A stretch of DNA of 64,000 nucleotides from Pinctada imbricata (lineage: Eukaryota). The notes beneath the pieces were generated by a model. The model did not search any database and was not told the DNA's origin. It saw nothing but the letters and a program-made list of their open reading frames with translations. Each line of letters begins with the position of its first letter. The first letter of the stretch is position 1. Below, piece by piece: positions 25,741-38,835 of this stretch. The position numbers and the translations under genes are program-made. The stretch is from NCBI GenBank assembly GCA_033119305.1, contig VSWD01000002.1:9338974-9402973 (forward strand), in the 5' to 3' direction.

Positions 25741-26056
25741 TAAGAATTCTGGGAATTTTTAGCCTTCATTGTATCCATTTAACATAATTATTTTAGATGG
25801 GGGGAAATTTCGTAAAAATACATGTACATGTTTATGTAGAAGGCTGACTTTTCACATGGGGTTACATGTACATGTATTTTATATGATTTTGAATGAACCA
25901 TTTCAAGTCATAATCTTTTTGATAGAGTAAAGAATATTAAAATCCTGCAACAGACCTTTAGTTTGACTTATTTTTCGAATAACCATAACAGCTTTTATCC
26001 TCAAAAAGCCAATGACAGGGGAAGTTCATCTCTCACGAACAGATCTTGTTTTATAG

Positions 26057-26218
26057 TTGATCAAAGACCTACATGAAGTCAGTGAAGCTACTGATTGGTC
26101 GACATCAGCAAGTACAGCAGCCAAATTCTGGGCTCTCAGGTGTCATGTGACCTGTTTGGACCAATCACATGAGGAGTTTAATCAGATCAAAAATTTAATT
26201 CTGGAAAGCTCAGTTGGG
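26057..26218 (+). CDS. PARP4: PARP4-like exon (regulatory domain)
   Basis: Acceptor ttttatag|, donor TTGG|GTAAGT. LIKDLHEVSE..AAKFWALRCHVTCLDQSHEEFNQIKNLILESSV resembles human LIRDMVNVCE..LAKYRALRCKIEHVEQNTEEFLRVRKEVLQN. Confidence 0.7.
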
Positions 26219-26347
26219 TAAGTACTTTTTAGCTTGCTGGGCATGGTCATCTTCATTATCGCGACGTCTTATGTTTTGAAGAATTTTTCAGTGTACCTGT
26301 GTTTGAACATTTTCTCTAAAATTCTTCTTTCAACATTTGTACTTCAG

Positions 26348-26476
26348 AGTAGAGATCCTAGCAGTATATGAAGTAAGGAGAGCAGTAGAGGACATAAGGT
26401 TCTCTAGAGAAATCGGAAATAAGAAACTTCTCATGCACTCATCATCGCCAAGTAATTTCCTTGGGATATTATCCAG
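26348..26476 (+). CDS. PARP4: PARP4-like exon (start of the catalytic domain)
   Basis: Acceptor acttcag|, donor CCAG|GTATAA. VEILAVYEVRRAVEDIRFSREIGNKKLLMHSSSPSNFLGILSR resembles human VDVLQIFRVGRVNETTEFLSKLGNVRPLLHGSPVQNIVGILCR. The phase agrees with the flanking exons. Confidence 0.75.
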
Positions 26477-27272
26477 GTATAAGACAATGAGATGAGATGT
26501 TCTTTTACATGTAGTTTCTATACCAGTATACTCGCTCAGAGAGCAATCGGATATGAGCAAACTTGGTATAAAATCTTGATTGGTTGATATTGGACAGTTG
26601 TGGACTGGTCCTGAGGATGTACTTCTTTTTTTGTTCCTTAAAGTGAGTGATTTGGCGAGCCCATAGCCTGAGGGAAGTTGAGCCACTTGAAGGAACAATA
26701 AAAGAACAATATTTGAAGGGAACAGTCTATATAATAATTGTTTAATTTTTCCATCACAGTGACGTCATATTGTGCATCACACTGACGTCACATCGTGCGT
26801 TACACTGACATTACCAGCATTACGTCATGGTTATTTATAGCACCATATTTGTGTCATTATCCAGCAATTCCTCCCAAATGCCTGTTACACTGCTGAGTTA
26901 CACTGGTTGCTATTTATAGTCCTCAACTATGAACTGGGGAATTCCTTAAAAAAATAATTACTGTTGTCCCCAGAATTTTAGGAAAACAGCAATTCATATC
27001 GTTACTTACTAAATTTATATGAAATTAAATTCTCAAAGGTATAGAATAAGTAAGTAAAGTAAGTAATATTTAAATTTTTTTAGAGTTAGAGTACAGAGTA
27101 TAAAGAGGAACATACATGTTTGCGCTGTAGAGCTTTTATAACTATGACTGAAATATTAAATTCAAATACATGTATAAGAAATGACAATGAAGTTTATTCT
27201 CATTGAATGTAGATAACATTACATTGCTGAGAATTTTGTGTGAGATTTTAATCCATGTTCCCTCTTTTACAG

Positions 27273-27371
27273 AGGCCTGTTACTTCCCAATATAGTGGTC
27301 TCGGAATATGGAGTAGGGAGGACAGACGGTGGGAAACTGGGATGTGGTATATATTTCTCTGACTCAGCCAG
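27273..27371 (+). CDS. PARP4: PARP4-like exon (catalytic domain)
   Basis: Acceptor ttttacag|, donor CCAG|GTAACA. GLLLPNIVVSEYGVGRTDGGKLGCGIYFSDSA resembles human GLLLPKVVEDRGVQRTDVGNLGSGIYFSDSL. Confidence 0.8.
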
Positions 27372-27826
27372 GTAACAAGTCAATATCATATTTATTGGGT
27401 CAATATTACATTGATAGCGTTCAGCATTATAGAGTCAATGTCAGATTTATTGACCAAGTCAATGTTAGCATTTAATCAGCATTATTGAGTAAATGTAAGA
27501 TTTAGTGAGTCAATGTCAGATTTATTGAGTTAATATTATACAAACATGGTCATATGACGCTTTCAGCTTGTTTATGTAGGTTTTTCATTTGAACTATTTG
27601 CTCTGATTGGCTGAGATTCGATTTGAATATTGGGATTTTCTATTGAACTATTCTTTGGCGTCTTTTTAGATAAGATGCTGTGGGTCTCTTATGATACAAA
27701 TTACAATGTTCCATTAGTGGCCATCAAAATTATGAACATTATGCTGTTACCATGAAACTAAAAGAACATACATGTATATAGTTTTTTAAACCAAATGTAT
27801 AACATACACATGCTTCTCTTGTAGCA

Positions 27827-28011
27827 CGTGTATTCAGTACTCTGTGCCAACACGGAACGGATTTTGTCGCTTATTGTTGGTGTGTGAAGTCGCCCTCGGA
27901 AACGTCTTCAGGACAGAGAAGATTGATTCTAAGCTGACAGCTCCACCTAGTGGCTACCAAAGCGTCCTCGGAATAAAACAAGGGGAGGCAACCAAGAATT
28001 CTGACTTTATG
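27827..28011 (+). CDS. PARP4: PARP4-like exon (catalytic domain, including the catalytic Glu region)
   Basis: Acceptor ttgtag|, donor TATG|GTATAA. ..RLLLVCEVALGNVFRTEKIDSKLTAPPSGYQSVLGIKQGEATKNSDF resembles human TRLLLICDVALGKCMDLHEKDFSLTEAPPGYDSVHGVSQTASVTTDFE. Confidence 0.85.
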
Positions 28012-28204
28012 GTATAAGCCTATATCTTGCCAACTGGTTTTTATACACTGCAGCATGAGAACATTTAGTGCAAATATATTTTAGTGTGGTCATTGAGGAC
28101 ACTATTTCCTCTCAAAGTTAATTGCTTGTCCATTTTAATTGAACAATGCTATTCTGCTTTGCTATACATGTGATGTTAATACATTTGCTATAATTGTAAT
28201 TCAG

Positions 28205-28309
28205 GATGATGAGTACGTTATTTATGCCCCTTGTCAACAGAGGATTCGCTACGTTGTACAGTACCGTCTCCATGGTGACCCACCAGTAGGGGGCGCTTTA
28301 TCAGAGCTG
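28205..28309 (+). CDS. PARP4: PARP4-like exon (end of the catalytic domain); the 3' boundary is uncertain
   Basis: Acceptor aattcag|. DDEYVIYAPCQQRIRYVVQYRLHGDPPVGGALSEL resembles human DDEFVVYKTNQVKMKYIIKFSMPGDQ. The donor is either the weak CTG|GTTATC at 28310, which preserves phase to the 29709 exon, or ATAG|GTAGCA at 28365. If the donor is read through, the frame stops at 28379-28381. Confidence 0.5.
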
Positions 28310-29708
28310 GTTATCAGTGATGAAGGGGAAGAAGAAGAAATTGCCGAAGCATGTGATAAAATAGGTAGCACAACAATTTAAAGTAACCGCTTTACTTCGC
28401 TAATTACATTAAACTGTATGTTAACTTATTTTATGTGTATTGAGTCAGCACCAATGACATTGCTTTCATTCAAAACTACGTCAGTGCTAAATCATTTTAC
28501 TCTTTAGATTATAATGAAGAATGAAATGAAGCGTACTCATTCTGTATTATACTTGATAATATGTAAAAATTTGTCCATTTTTGACATGTTTTAGCTAATA
28601 TTTGGTTGCGATAAAATAAGTTCATACGGAATGTTGGTAAAATTTACATTCAAATTGATGTTCAAGTGTAACTTATCCAAGAGGTCAAAACTTCACATCA
28701 GTCATCAAAAAATTTATCCTATAATTTACATTTACATGATTTGATACATGTAAGTAAACAAAAAGATTTACAGTATTACAGATATATCAGATGTTAAGGA
28801 TATACCAGACCCGTTGACGAAAGTTCAAACAGGACTTAGTAGGAAAAAGAACCAATCAGTGCCTCTAAAAGGTGTGCATGTCAGGTCAAATTACTGGACA
28901 TGGCTGCTCAGGTAACAAAGTTTTCATTGGTTTTTTAAAATGTCCAACTCATATAACTCAATTTATCACGCATTGTACTAATTTCAGCAAATTACGTCGC
29001 AGTATAATGGTCACTTGGTCACCTACCTTGACATTGAAGTATGTCACTAAATTTTCAAATCTTATAAATTACAAAGAAAACGTAACAAAATGGTTATCGA
29101 AATGATTCATTTGTTACAGGGATTGCCTTCTGCCTCACCCCTCACAAATTTAGATACCTACTTTGAGTAGGAAGTATGTCAGGAACAAACAATATAACTA
29201 ATAGTTTTTGCAAAAACCTAAACACAACATATTTTCATTCCTTCATGTGAAGATCAGCATGACACAGTCCTGTTTGTCTGTTTGTGTCTTTGTTTGTCTG
29301 TCTTAAACTTTGTGCATAATTTTGAATAATATACCCCTTGTAGGTAGTTTGACTTAGCCAATGCACATGTGATAGGCCTTAGTCTTTTTAGATCGCCGGG
29401 ACAAATAAAGTCCAGAGAGCTAATGCCATACCCTCGTCGTCATTGTCGTCGTTGTCGTCGTCCGTAGACAAAACTTTAACCTGGGCTATATCTCTTGAAC
29501 TACATGTATAAGGGGTAGGGCTTTGATATTTCACATGTAGATACCTTGTGACGAGAGCTTTCATTTGAGACCATGACCTTTGACCTAGTGACCTTGACCT
29601 TGGACTTTGACCTACTTTTCAAAAACTTTAACCTGGTTTTTGACAAAAACCTGTATACATTGTAGGTGAGCTATGTAATCTTTGATTACCCTATGTTTGG
29701 TTTTCCAG

Positions 29709-29835
29709 GTCAAGGTCATGCAGTGTTACCATAACAACAGTGATGTTGCCATAGAAGCTAAATATGTGTTTCCCTTGGAAACCACAGCGGCTGTTTGTGG
29801 GTTTGAAGCCTACATAAATGGAAAGCACATCATAG
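29709..29835 (+). CDS. PARP4: PARP4-like exon (start of the VIT domain)
   Basis: Acceptor ttttccag|, donor CATAG|GTAACG. VKVMQCYHNNSDVAIEAKYVFPLETTAAVCGFEAYINGKHII resembles human AQVIVFQTYTNKSHVPIEAKYIFPLDDKAAVCGFEAFINGKHIV. Confidence 0.85.
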
Positions 29836-30311
29836 GTAACGTTATATACTTCTACTACAAGTACTTGTTACTTTCAAAAGAAAAAACATGAGTAAAAATG
29901 TCCCGTCTTTACATGATAGGTATAATATGTATACTGAACTACTTTCGGTATGTTTTGACTTTGAAAAATTTATATATTGATGATTACAAAAAATTGCTGA
30001 TATTGGACGAATCAGGAGCCACAAATATATATGCCAAGTTGATCAGCGATAGATAAAAATATCAAAAAGCAAGGAATACTTCTCATATCCGATTATTTGA
30101 TCAGTATTAGAACCGGTTTTGCACCATAATTCTTATTGTACATCTCATACCTTTAATACATGTAGGTATAGACGTTCTTAAGGACTTTTGCGAGTACTGA
30201 AGTTGAAGTTGAAGGTACATGTATCTGTTCACATTATGATGCATTTTCTCATATTTTGATGTAACATATTTCTTTATGACATATTCAGTGGTGGGGTTAA
30301 TATTTCTACAG

Positions 30312-30403
30312 GAAAAGTGAAAGAGAAAGAAAAGGCCCACAAGGAATATAAAGAGGCCATCAGTAAGGGGCACGGTGCTTACTTAATGGACGAGGAAGAG
30401 CCA
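30312..30403 (+). CDS. PARP4: PARP4-like exon (VIT domain)
   Basis: Acceptor ttctacag|, donor CCA|GTACGT. GKVKEKEKAHKEYKEAISKGHGAYLMDEEEP resembles human GEIKEKEEAQQEYLEAVTQGHGAYLMSQDAP. The phase matches the previous exon. Confidence 0.85.
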
Positions 30404-31728
30404 GTACGTTATTACCACATTGTATACCCCTGCAAATAATGTATATCAGACGTGATATTATATCATATCCCAGCCATTTTGCTATGTCTTTCCGTATATT
30501 TAGGACATAATTCTCACAGATTTTGGTCATATTATATTGTTTAGATTGAGGATCACTGACAAGGGTTAAATACCGGAAATGTGCATATCTGGTCCCTGCT
30601 GTAAATTTATCTGCTCTAAAATGATGCTAATGAATTTGAATACATTAAACATTGATGCTTCCTGAATAACCAGGAACCTTGAATTTTTAAGAGTACAATT
30701 CCTCAGAACAGTTTACCTATTTTTCGCAGAGTCATGACCCTTGAACATATAAGTTTTCATCAGTATCACAGTTTTGCAGCCTTCGAGCTATTGAATTGAA
30801 ACTGGGTACATCTTTTCATAATGAATAATTACAGGTCCACTTTGAGATCCCAAAATATTGACCTATTCTTATTAAACATAGGAATTTTCCAACAATTTTA
30901 TTGTTTTCCAGACTTTTTCGCAGCCTTTGCAGCTAAATGCGTTAAAACTTGGTGTATGTCTTCATGATAAATAATTACAGATCCAGATTGAGTATTAGAA
31001 ATATTGACCTATTTTTAGCCAGAGTTATGGTCCTTGAACATAGGGATTTTCAACAATTTTACAGCTTTCCAGCCCTTTTTCACAGCCTTTTCAGTTATTG
31101 AATTGATAGCAGAGGGATGGCCACTGGCTTTTGTTATTGTGTTGATTACCCATTATTGCCTGTTTATTCCCTCTTTAGTTTCTTCCCTTATTGTAATGTA
31201 GCACACTAATTAGAAGGGGGTGCAAAATGGCCAATAAATCCTGATGGCCCTATCTTGCAGCAATTACATTTCTTTATTGGGAAAATACAATACATAATTG
31301 CATTAATTAAATTATTTATGAGAAATAAATTCCTGAAGGGCACATATTGCAGCGTTCACATTGTTATTTTTACCCCGTCTTAACCCCCTCCCATTGTTAG
31401 TCAATAGCTTTTTATAAGTCACCAATTAATGGACTATGATTTATTTTTGAGTGCTGCAAATTGTAAATTTTCCATAAATTTGATTAGTCTACATTCCATT
31501 GTTTATTGGACCGACGTATTAGATTTTTCTTACATTTGAAACAATGAAATATATGTAGAAAGTAGGACTTATGGAGGAGTTTGTACATGTATACTGGTTT
31601 TAAATATTGTTTATTTACATGTAAATAACACTAAAAAGAGGATTGTACTTCCCATACCTAAGATCATGTGTTAACAATTTTACAGATTTTCTATTCTTAA
31701 CAATGAGTATCTCCATTTTGTTTTTTAG

Positions 31729-31893
31729 GATGTTTTTACTGTTAGTGTTGGAAACTTGCCGTCCAAATCTGATGTTTTGATTAAGATTACATACATATCA
31801 GAGCTGGAAGTGGACGGGGACAATATTGTGTTCTGTTTACCATCTAGGATAGCACCCTGGGTCAAGGACACAGCACTGGCACAACAAACACAG
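31729..31893 (+). CDS. PARP4: PARP4-like exon (VIT domain)
   Basis: Acceptor ttttttag|, donor ACAG|GTATTA. DVFTVSVGNLPSKSDVLIKITYISELEVDGDNIVFCLPSRIAPW resembles human DVFTVSVGNLPPKAKVLIKITYITELSILGTVGVFFMPATVAPW. Confidence 0.85.
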
Positions 31894-32602
31894 GTATTAT
31901 TTAAGGGAGTGCAAGAAGGCCAGACCCTACCACCCCTCTTTGGATTTTCCAAAAGTGCAAAAAATACATATTTTTCCTTATTTTACATGTAAATTTTCTT
32001 CAAAATCTCAGACTTCATTCCCTCATGTTTTATTTAGAATTTCATTCATATCTCAGACTGGATCCCCCACCCCTGACAAGTTTTAACCCCCTTCCTCCCC
32101 CAACCACACACATACAACAATCTCCCCTCCCCTCCTGGAAAAATAGTCTGTACAAGCAGAAATTCTACTGGGATACTTATATTCACCTTTTCCACACGCT
32201 AAAAGGAAGTTTTCATGAAAATTAAAGCTTTTAAAGCTTTTCTAACAATTTTCATAAAGGGCATCTTTTAAATGCTAACTGAAGGAAAAAAGAGTTACAT
32301 GTACTTAACAATGGTCAGATATGTTGTAGGATTATTATATTGAGGTTATATTGTTGAGTACAGTATTTCGTATTTTAGGAAGAAGGTTGAGGGTGATGAG
32401 GTAGCAGGAACTTGGTTTCAATTAAATAAAATTTGCCCTTTACCCCCCCCCCCCCCCAAAAAAAAAAAAAAAAAAAAAAAAAACAGTGTTGTTCACTAAT
32501 CACTGTAAAATGATTCAGTATCTCTAATTTTTGATCAGTATGTTTGATTTTCCCAAAGTTTCTACAGTAAAAAGAAGGTTTTTTTTGTTTATATGTATGC
32601 AG

Positions 32603-32725
32603 GAGGAGTTAGCTTCTGTAAAGGTCAAGGACACACAGCACTTGGATACAACAGTACATGTTTCCGTGGAGATGCCGTTTGAGATACGTAAAATTTTCTC
32701 TCCTTCACATCAGTTGAAAATTAAG
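32603..32725 (+). CDS. PARP4: PARP4-like exon (end of the VIT domain)
   Basis: Acceptor atgcag|, donor TAAG|GTAATT. EELASVKVKDTQHLDTTVHVSVEMPFEIRKIFSPSHQLKIK resembles human DTVEKICIKEIGTKQSFSLTMSIEMPYVIEFIFSDTHELKQK. Confidence 0.7.
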
Positions 32726-33857
32726 GTAATTTACATGCTTGAGTTATATGCACGAAAGACCTACTGTCCAAGCGGCTCACTTTGGAAACTGAATAAATGC
32801 GATTTTGACTATTTTATGATGCAAAAAGGAGAAGGTACGTTATGGGCCAAAATCAGCCCTATCTGAGAAATGAAGCAAACTTTGAAAAATGAAAATACAC
32901 GATTTACAGAATGTAAATCAGTTTCAATTTTGAGAATCGGATATTCCGTTGCGATTTTATAGCAATTTGAAAACACGTAGGTAAGCTTTCTGTTTCATTG
33001 ACTTTGACGTCATGTGAAGTTATGATCACGTCCTGATATAACGTTGTCAGATAACAAAATGCTGTATTCTTACATTATTCATAATGATTGTTTTGCTCAA
33101 GTTTTTGCCAAGAAACGATTTCATGAATCCTCGAAAATCTGCGATTGATAAAGTATTGTACGTCGTCTTTTAGCTTCTGGATTATTCTTGGAGTCTGTCT
33201 AATTTCTATGCTATAACTGATTCTAGAATTTAAGGGAATTACGATGTTTTTAAAAAATCATATCCGTGCATATATTACAGTCAACGAATGAACGAACGAA
33301 AAGACAGAGATATCACCGCTTAAATTTGAGATTGGGGATGTAGTGAATATATCAGAAAGTCAAAGAGTCTGGGAGAGCGACTAGGGTCCCTGTCCAAGGG
33401 GTCCAGGGCGTTCCTGAAGGGGGACGGAAAATTATCTTACGGCGATTGACCGTTTTGCTTGATGAAGGCAGTATTGAAATAGCCATTTGAAATCTTTATC
33501 ATGGGTATTGGATTGTCATGAAAAGCTATATTTTATATGATCGAGAATTATCTGAGGAGCAAAGCAAGCCAGCAATTTTTAGGGGGGGGGGTTACACACC
33601 CCTTGCTGTAAGGGTATGTTGACTTACTAAATATAATTATCAGAAAAAGTCGGAGTTTCTTTTAGAGCAATTTGATATGCAAACAACAAACGGTGACGTG
33701 GCGAGCGGCCGGGAGCCAGAGAAAATAATTTTCCGAAAGTTCGACATCAAAACTCAAGTATAAGCCCACCTAATGTGAATGTACCTTACTTGCCGGGTTT
33801 TTTTTTTTTTTTTTTTTTTTTTGTGTTGGCTCCCCAAACGCCCATCTATATATACGC

Positions 33858-34014
33858 CAATTGACCCTTCCGATTGCGGGAAAAAATGCAAAATTTCGTG
33901 ACGTCACAATGCTTTTACCTCGGGCAAACAAGCTTCGAACCTCGGTCAAACATCGAAAATGCATTGTGACGTCATGGAATTTCTCAAATTGTTCCTGCGT
34001 TCGGAAGGGTCAAT
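33858..34014. mobile_element. MITE copy 2 of the same family
   Basis: caattgacccttccgattgcgggaaaaaatgcaaaatttcgtgacgtcacaatgc ... ttcctgcgttcggaagggtcaat. A T29 tract lies 30 bp upstream. Confidence 0.7.
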
Positions 34015-34861
34015 AAACATTAATTTAAAATAAACCTTAGTTTGTTTGATATGTATATTTATATATCTAGCTGCAATTAATGAATTAGGATTATACGAAT
34101 AAAACATAAAATGAAAGAAATGAATAGAATGAATCTTGCGTATACAGTTATCACAGCCGTTGCAAGAAACTGTAATAGATGGCGCCACTGAAAGAATTCG
34201 ATAAAATCACGGTGAATAACAGGGCTACAGTACACAGGGAGTACAATATAAATACACCCCCCCCCCTTTTGATAACACGTAAACATTTTTTGTTTATGTA
34301 TTATAAGTTGGGGGATTTATTTTGTACTCTGTGTAATGTAGCCCCTGTGAGTAAATTTTGATTTATTTAAAATTTATTTACGAGAAGTCACAAGATTGCA
34401 AGAAAGCAGACGCAGACTATATTTTTCTTATGGCTATACTGTTCAATTCCAATTACTGATTTAATAATTTTATATACATAATAACTAATGTATATCAGGA
34501 TGATGTACTTTTCCAAAACAGTGTGTATTTGGTTTGGTTTGGTTTGGTTTTGTTTTTCTTTCAATCAAACACCCAAAAATGCACATGGCTCACTAAATGA
34601 ACAGTTTGCAATTGTTTTACATTTGTGTCGAATCGCTGGCATATTTTTTGATATAAAATTGATATACAAATGTATTATGCTATTTCATAATTTCAACGCG
34701 GAAAACGTTGGTGGTGGTGGGACGCGGGGAGAGGGATTCAGATCCCTTTTAGATCATATAGTACGGCAGTCTTTCAATTATACTAACGGTAACACAATTT
34801 AAGCGAGTGATAATGTCAGGTCCGAATATGCGATAGATTACGATTACATCATTTATCATAT

Positions 34862-34965
34862 TTCCTTCGTATGCGAATGTAATGTTCTAATAAATGCCTT
34901 CGTATGCGAATGTAATGTTCTAATAAATGCCTTCGTATGCGAACATATGCGAATGTAATGTTCTA
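34862..34965. repeat. 34-bp tandem duplication, ~2.5 copies
   Basis: The unit ccttcgtatgcgaatgtaatgttctaataaatg repeats. ORF 34856-35143 is an artefact. Confidence 0.7.
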
Positions 34966-35676
34966 ATAAACACACATACATGTACACAAGCCGAAAGAAG
35001 AAAAGTTTAAAATAATATCCTGTAGTAACATAGATAAACACGCATCCAAAGGCGGAACGGTCACTTCCGCTTCCAAGAATTTTATTACACACGTTATTTT
35101 CAAAAGATTCCTCATATGCCCATATACATTTCACTTTGGTCAATAAACAAGGGCACTAAGAGTCATGAAACTGAAAAAAGACACGAATAGAGGACTTGTT
35201 CTAAAAAAATCGCTGACTCGCTATCGCTCGCCATTTTTTTTTTTTTTTTGTATTAACATAACATTAATCAAGTACAATGATGTGAAAAAGTAAAATTGGA
35301 AGAATCCCCAAATACATGTATGTTACTTTGGCCTTGCATTTTCTTACATCCCTAGATATCAGTTATAGTGGATTCGTGATCCTTGAATCAACGAATCTAA
35401 ATTCTGGTTAACTTGTTCGTTTTTTTTTTACTATTTTACTCCTAAAATTTAAGTTATTTTAACGGCGGAGATTTTATGTGACATGCTCGGTGAACACCTA
35501 CCCTCTATGTTAGTAAAATATATCAATGTTCAGCCTTTTTTTTTTTTTTTTTTTTTTGGTTTGTTTGTTTGTTTGTTTTACTACAAACGTTTATAATTCA
35601 AACCGAATTTTGAAAGAAAACCGATTCCTGATTTGATTATGACACGCCAGTGCATGCACCTGCGGTGTCAAGTAAA

Positions 35677-35698
35677 TGACGTCATTATAATGACGTCA
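35677..35698. promoter_or_regulatory. Pair of consensus CRE palindromes (TGACGTCA x2, 14 bp apart)
   Basis: aaatgacgtcattataatgacgtcataacg. Its function is unknown, and similar motifs recur inside local MITEs. Confidence 0.2.
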
Positions 35699-36119
35699 TA
35701 ACGCCGTGGTCCCTGATTTTCCGTATACATTCTACGCAAGACAAATCATTAATTTTCAACTAGAGCAAGAGCGTCTGCTACGAATTTCTCACCTTTAATC
35801 GACAGATATGGTGGTTATTGATTCATTTTTCTACTTTTATTTTTAGCAGATCGTCTTGCTCTATATGAAATTCTCGAAAATATATGTAAATTTCTAGAGA
35901 AAAATCCGGATTTGTTAATCCTTCCTTGGTTTGATGAGCTATAATTTCGTAGAGGTGCATCAAGATGAAAAGAGCTTTTTATGTATATATGTGATTGATC
36001 TTGTAGATATAGAAAATAAACACAGTTGATCAATTTTCACGATTTGAATTTCTCAGGAAACAACAGGGCCGATATGGGGTCTTAATGTACCTTCTCCTTT
36101 AAATGAACTTGATACCATT

Positions 36120-36395
36120 CAACAGATCTCGCTTAGTCGTAAATTTTGGTATATGTTATATGATAGTGAGTACACCCAATCAAACTATATAGACAAAACA
36201 AGTTTTAGATGGGCCATTTCCCATGCTAATTTTTCCTGTGATGTCATGACGCTCTCCATAGGCTCAATGTTCCTGCGATGTCACGCTAAAATTTAACATT
36301 GAAAACCCTCTATCCAAAACTTATTTTGTCTGTATATTATGATTGCATAAACCCAGGACCATGTAACATATACCAAAATTTATGACTAAGCGAGA
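36120..36395. mobile_element. Foldback/MITE with ~95-bp inverted arms in a PARP4 intron
   Basis: The arm acagatctcgcttagtcgtaaattttggtatatgttatatga..caaaacaagttttagatggg at 36120-36215 is the reverse complement of 36300-36395. Confidence 0.65.
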
Positions 36396-36806
36396 TCAAT
36401 TTAATGATGTAGATTTTATTTTAATTGTTGCATGACAAAGTTATCAAAATCTTGGTTATCCAGTTTCCGAAGTAAGCCGCGCGGACGGTACATGTAAACT
36501 ATGCATTTCGAGATAAAAATCATTTCAACATGATGCATGTACGTATTCCGGTTCTATTTTTGAAAATACACATATTTATCACTGCTGTAAAATACACCTT
36601 ATACATATACATTATTTTGATGAAATAATAGCATATCATAGCATGTTCAGTCTTGACTTACAAGAAAAAGATTATTTCAGTTTGAAGCGTTTACCAATCA
36701 AAACCTTTAACATGAATTTCATTTAAGGAAATTTGGATAATACTAAATAGAAAGTATTGCATTTATTAAGAAGTTAGTCTGAGTACATTTCAATCTCTAT
36801 CATCAG

Positions 36807-37061
36807 AAAACGGCTACAAAAGCTGTACTAGAAATTCCAAAGAACAGTTCCCTTGACGATGGTTTCAAGCTCCTGGTGACGTTAGCTGAAATTCACGTTC
36901 CCCGGATGTGGATTGAGGAGCATGCGGAGCACAGATCCACAGCCTGTATGTTAGCGTTCTATCCTGAGTTTGAGTGCAGTTTGATAGATCACCCACAAGT
37001 CCTTATATTGCTGGATATGTCAAATTCTATGAAAGACCAGGCCAGTGTTGATGCCAAAAAG
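36807..37061 (+). CDS. PARP4: PARP4-like exon (start of the vWA domain with the MIDAS DxSxS motif)
   Basis: Acceptor catcag|, donor AAAG|GTACTT. ..IHVPRMWIEEHAEHRSTACMLAFYPEFE..VLILLDMSNSMKD resembles human ..AYLPRMWVEKHPEKESEACMLVFQPDLD..VIICLDCSSSMEG. 255 nt, phase 0. Confidence 0.85.
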
Positions 37062-37856
37062 GTACTTTGTGTACACTCTTTATGTAAGGCCATAGTAAAT
37101 GAAAATTTTGTTTTACGTCTCGGTCATTTTATTTACTCAAGTCAGGCATGATAATACACACACCTGCATTCTAAATAAGAAACTTACGATAAAGGATTGG
37201 ATAAGAAGGGAAGAAATGGAAATTTCCAAGTAAATTAGAAAATGTCAAAATTTACTCGTGAGTAACTGCATATATTGAGGTGGATGTAGAACTTCCTGGT
37301 TGAAACATTACTTTAAATGGATTTCGTGTGGTTTGAAATGAATTTTTGTATTTTTATGGATAGCAAAATGGATTTTTGTGTGTGTTATTTCTTAACACCA
37401 TTCTCTAGAAAGGTACCTTCCAGGGGATGTAAAACAAAACATGGAATAACTATGGCCTAAATGGTGGTTCCACATGTTCACTCAAGGATGTAGCCAAAGT
37501 GAACTTAAAATTTGTAGAGTCAGTGTGACTTTTTGCTGTTTGTCAAAGATAAGCATTGCTTTATATCTGACTGTCTGTCTGCCTCTTTGTTTGTCTGTGG
37601 AAGTCTTTCACAACTTGGAATGGTTAGATATAGGGTTTTCTCAATTTACATTCTTTGGGTACCTGATCTCTTGATATTGACTGTAGCCTACAGATAAAAG
37701 ATCATTATGGTGACTACCAAAACAGGGACAAGGTGTTCCACATAAACATTTTGTTGTCTTAATTACTTGAGTGTTTACGTTTACATATCCTTTACTATTG
37801 ATCTTTTTTTTCTGTTGACTCTGCACACTAATGTAATATTGCATGTTTTGCTGTAG

Positions 37857-37997
37857 GTGGCGCTACTTACCTTGGAGAAGTTACCTCCAGAGACTGAGTT
37901 TAACGTTACCATATTTGGTACGACTCACCAAGAGCTGTTCCATACCTCACAGAGAGCTACCAAGGATAATGTAAACAAAGCCATACAGTTTGTACAG
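37857..37997 (+). CDS. PARP4: PARP4-like exon (vWA domain)
   Basis: Acceptor gctgtag|, donor ACAG|GTAAGT. VALLTLEKLPPETEFNVTIFGTTHQELFHTSQRATKDNVNKAIQFVQ resembles human IALHALSLVGEKQKVNIIQFGTGYKELFSYPKHITSNTMAAEFIMS. Confidence 0.8.
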
Positions 37998-38643
37998 GTA
38001 AGTAGTGTCACTTATACGCCAGAATGTATGATTGATACATATTTTACAAACATCTTACATCTTGAAAAAAAATAGGATGATCTATATCAATTGAATGCCA
38101 TGTACATGTACATGTATATCCTATGGAGAGTTCCCAAACCTTAACGTATCCAATGTACAAATGGAGATCTCGCTGAGGTCTTGTCCATTTAAATAGTGTT
38201 AAAATTATCTCGATAATCTTCGGCAGTGTCTCAATAGTTTCCGTGGCTTGGGTGACGGTCCGCATGTTGACTTTTGATGATAGAAACCATATATGTTATG
38301 ATTCTAACTATATAATATACTTGATATTTACAATGTATTTGTACAACGGATACCTTAATGTGACATCATGAAAACCCATTGTTCTTGATGTCACAACGAG
38401 TATTTCCAATAAAAAAATTCAAACATCAGGAATTTTTTTCTCCCTTCAAGTCTGATCGAATTCAGCATTTCCACTTGAGATAAATTCTGTCATTTCAAAT
38501 CACGATCTTTTCGTCTGTATCAGTGACATCACAATTGATGTTGACACTAAAATTTTGAGCTCTGTTATCAAGATAAGAAAATGTTTTGCATTTAAGAAGG
38601 ATCGAGGTAATAATTAAAAAAAAAATTCTCTGTTTTATTTTAG

Positions 38644-38835
38644 GATGTTAGACCAGTACTTGGCTGTAGTAATGTGTTTCTTCCCCTTACATCAGTGTTT
38701 CTGCTTACTCCACCAGGTGGCATTACAAATGTCCTCCTGGTGTCAGATGGTCACATCAATCATGGAAGACAACTCTTGCAATCAGTAGCAGAAAATTCCA
38801 GCAAAATCAGGATCTTCTCTCTCACTGTTGGGTCT
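38644..38835 (+). CDS. PARP4: PARP4-like exon (vWA domain); the 3' boundary is uncertain
   Basis: Acceptor ttttag|. ..LTPPGGITNVLLVSDGHINHGRQLLQSVAENSSKIRIFSLTVG resembles human ..LYPARGSRNILLVSDGHLQDESLTLQLVKRSRPHTRLFACGIG. Only weak donors are available (GTTGGG at 38827 or GTCATA at 38836). Confidence 0.65.

Noticed and set aside
24501-26698. Minus-strand ORFs 24501-24707 and 26330-26698 overlapping PARP4 exons.
   Set aside because: They are antisense shadow ORFs of coding exons with no independent support.
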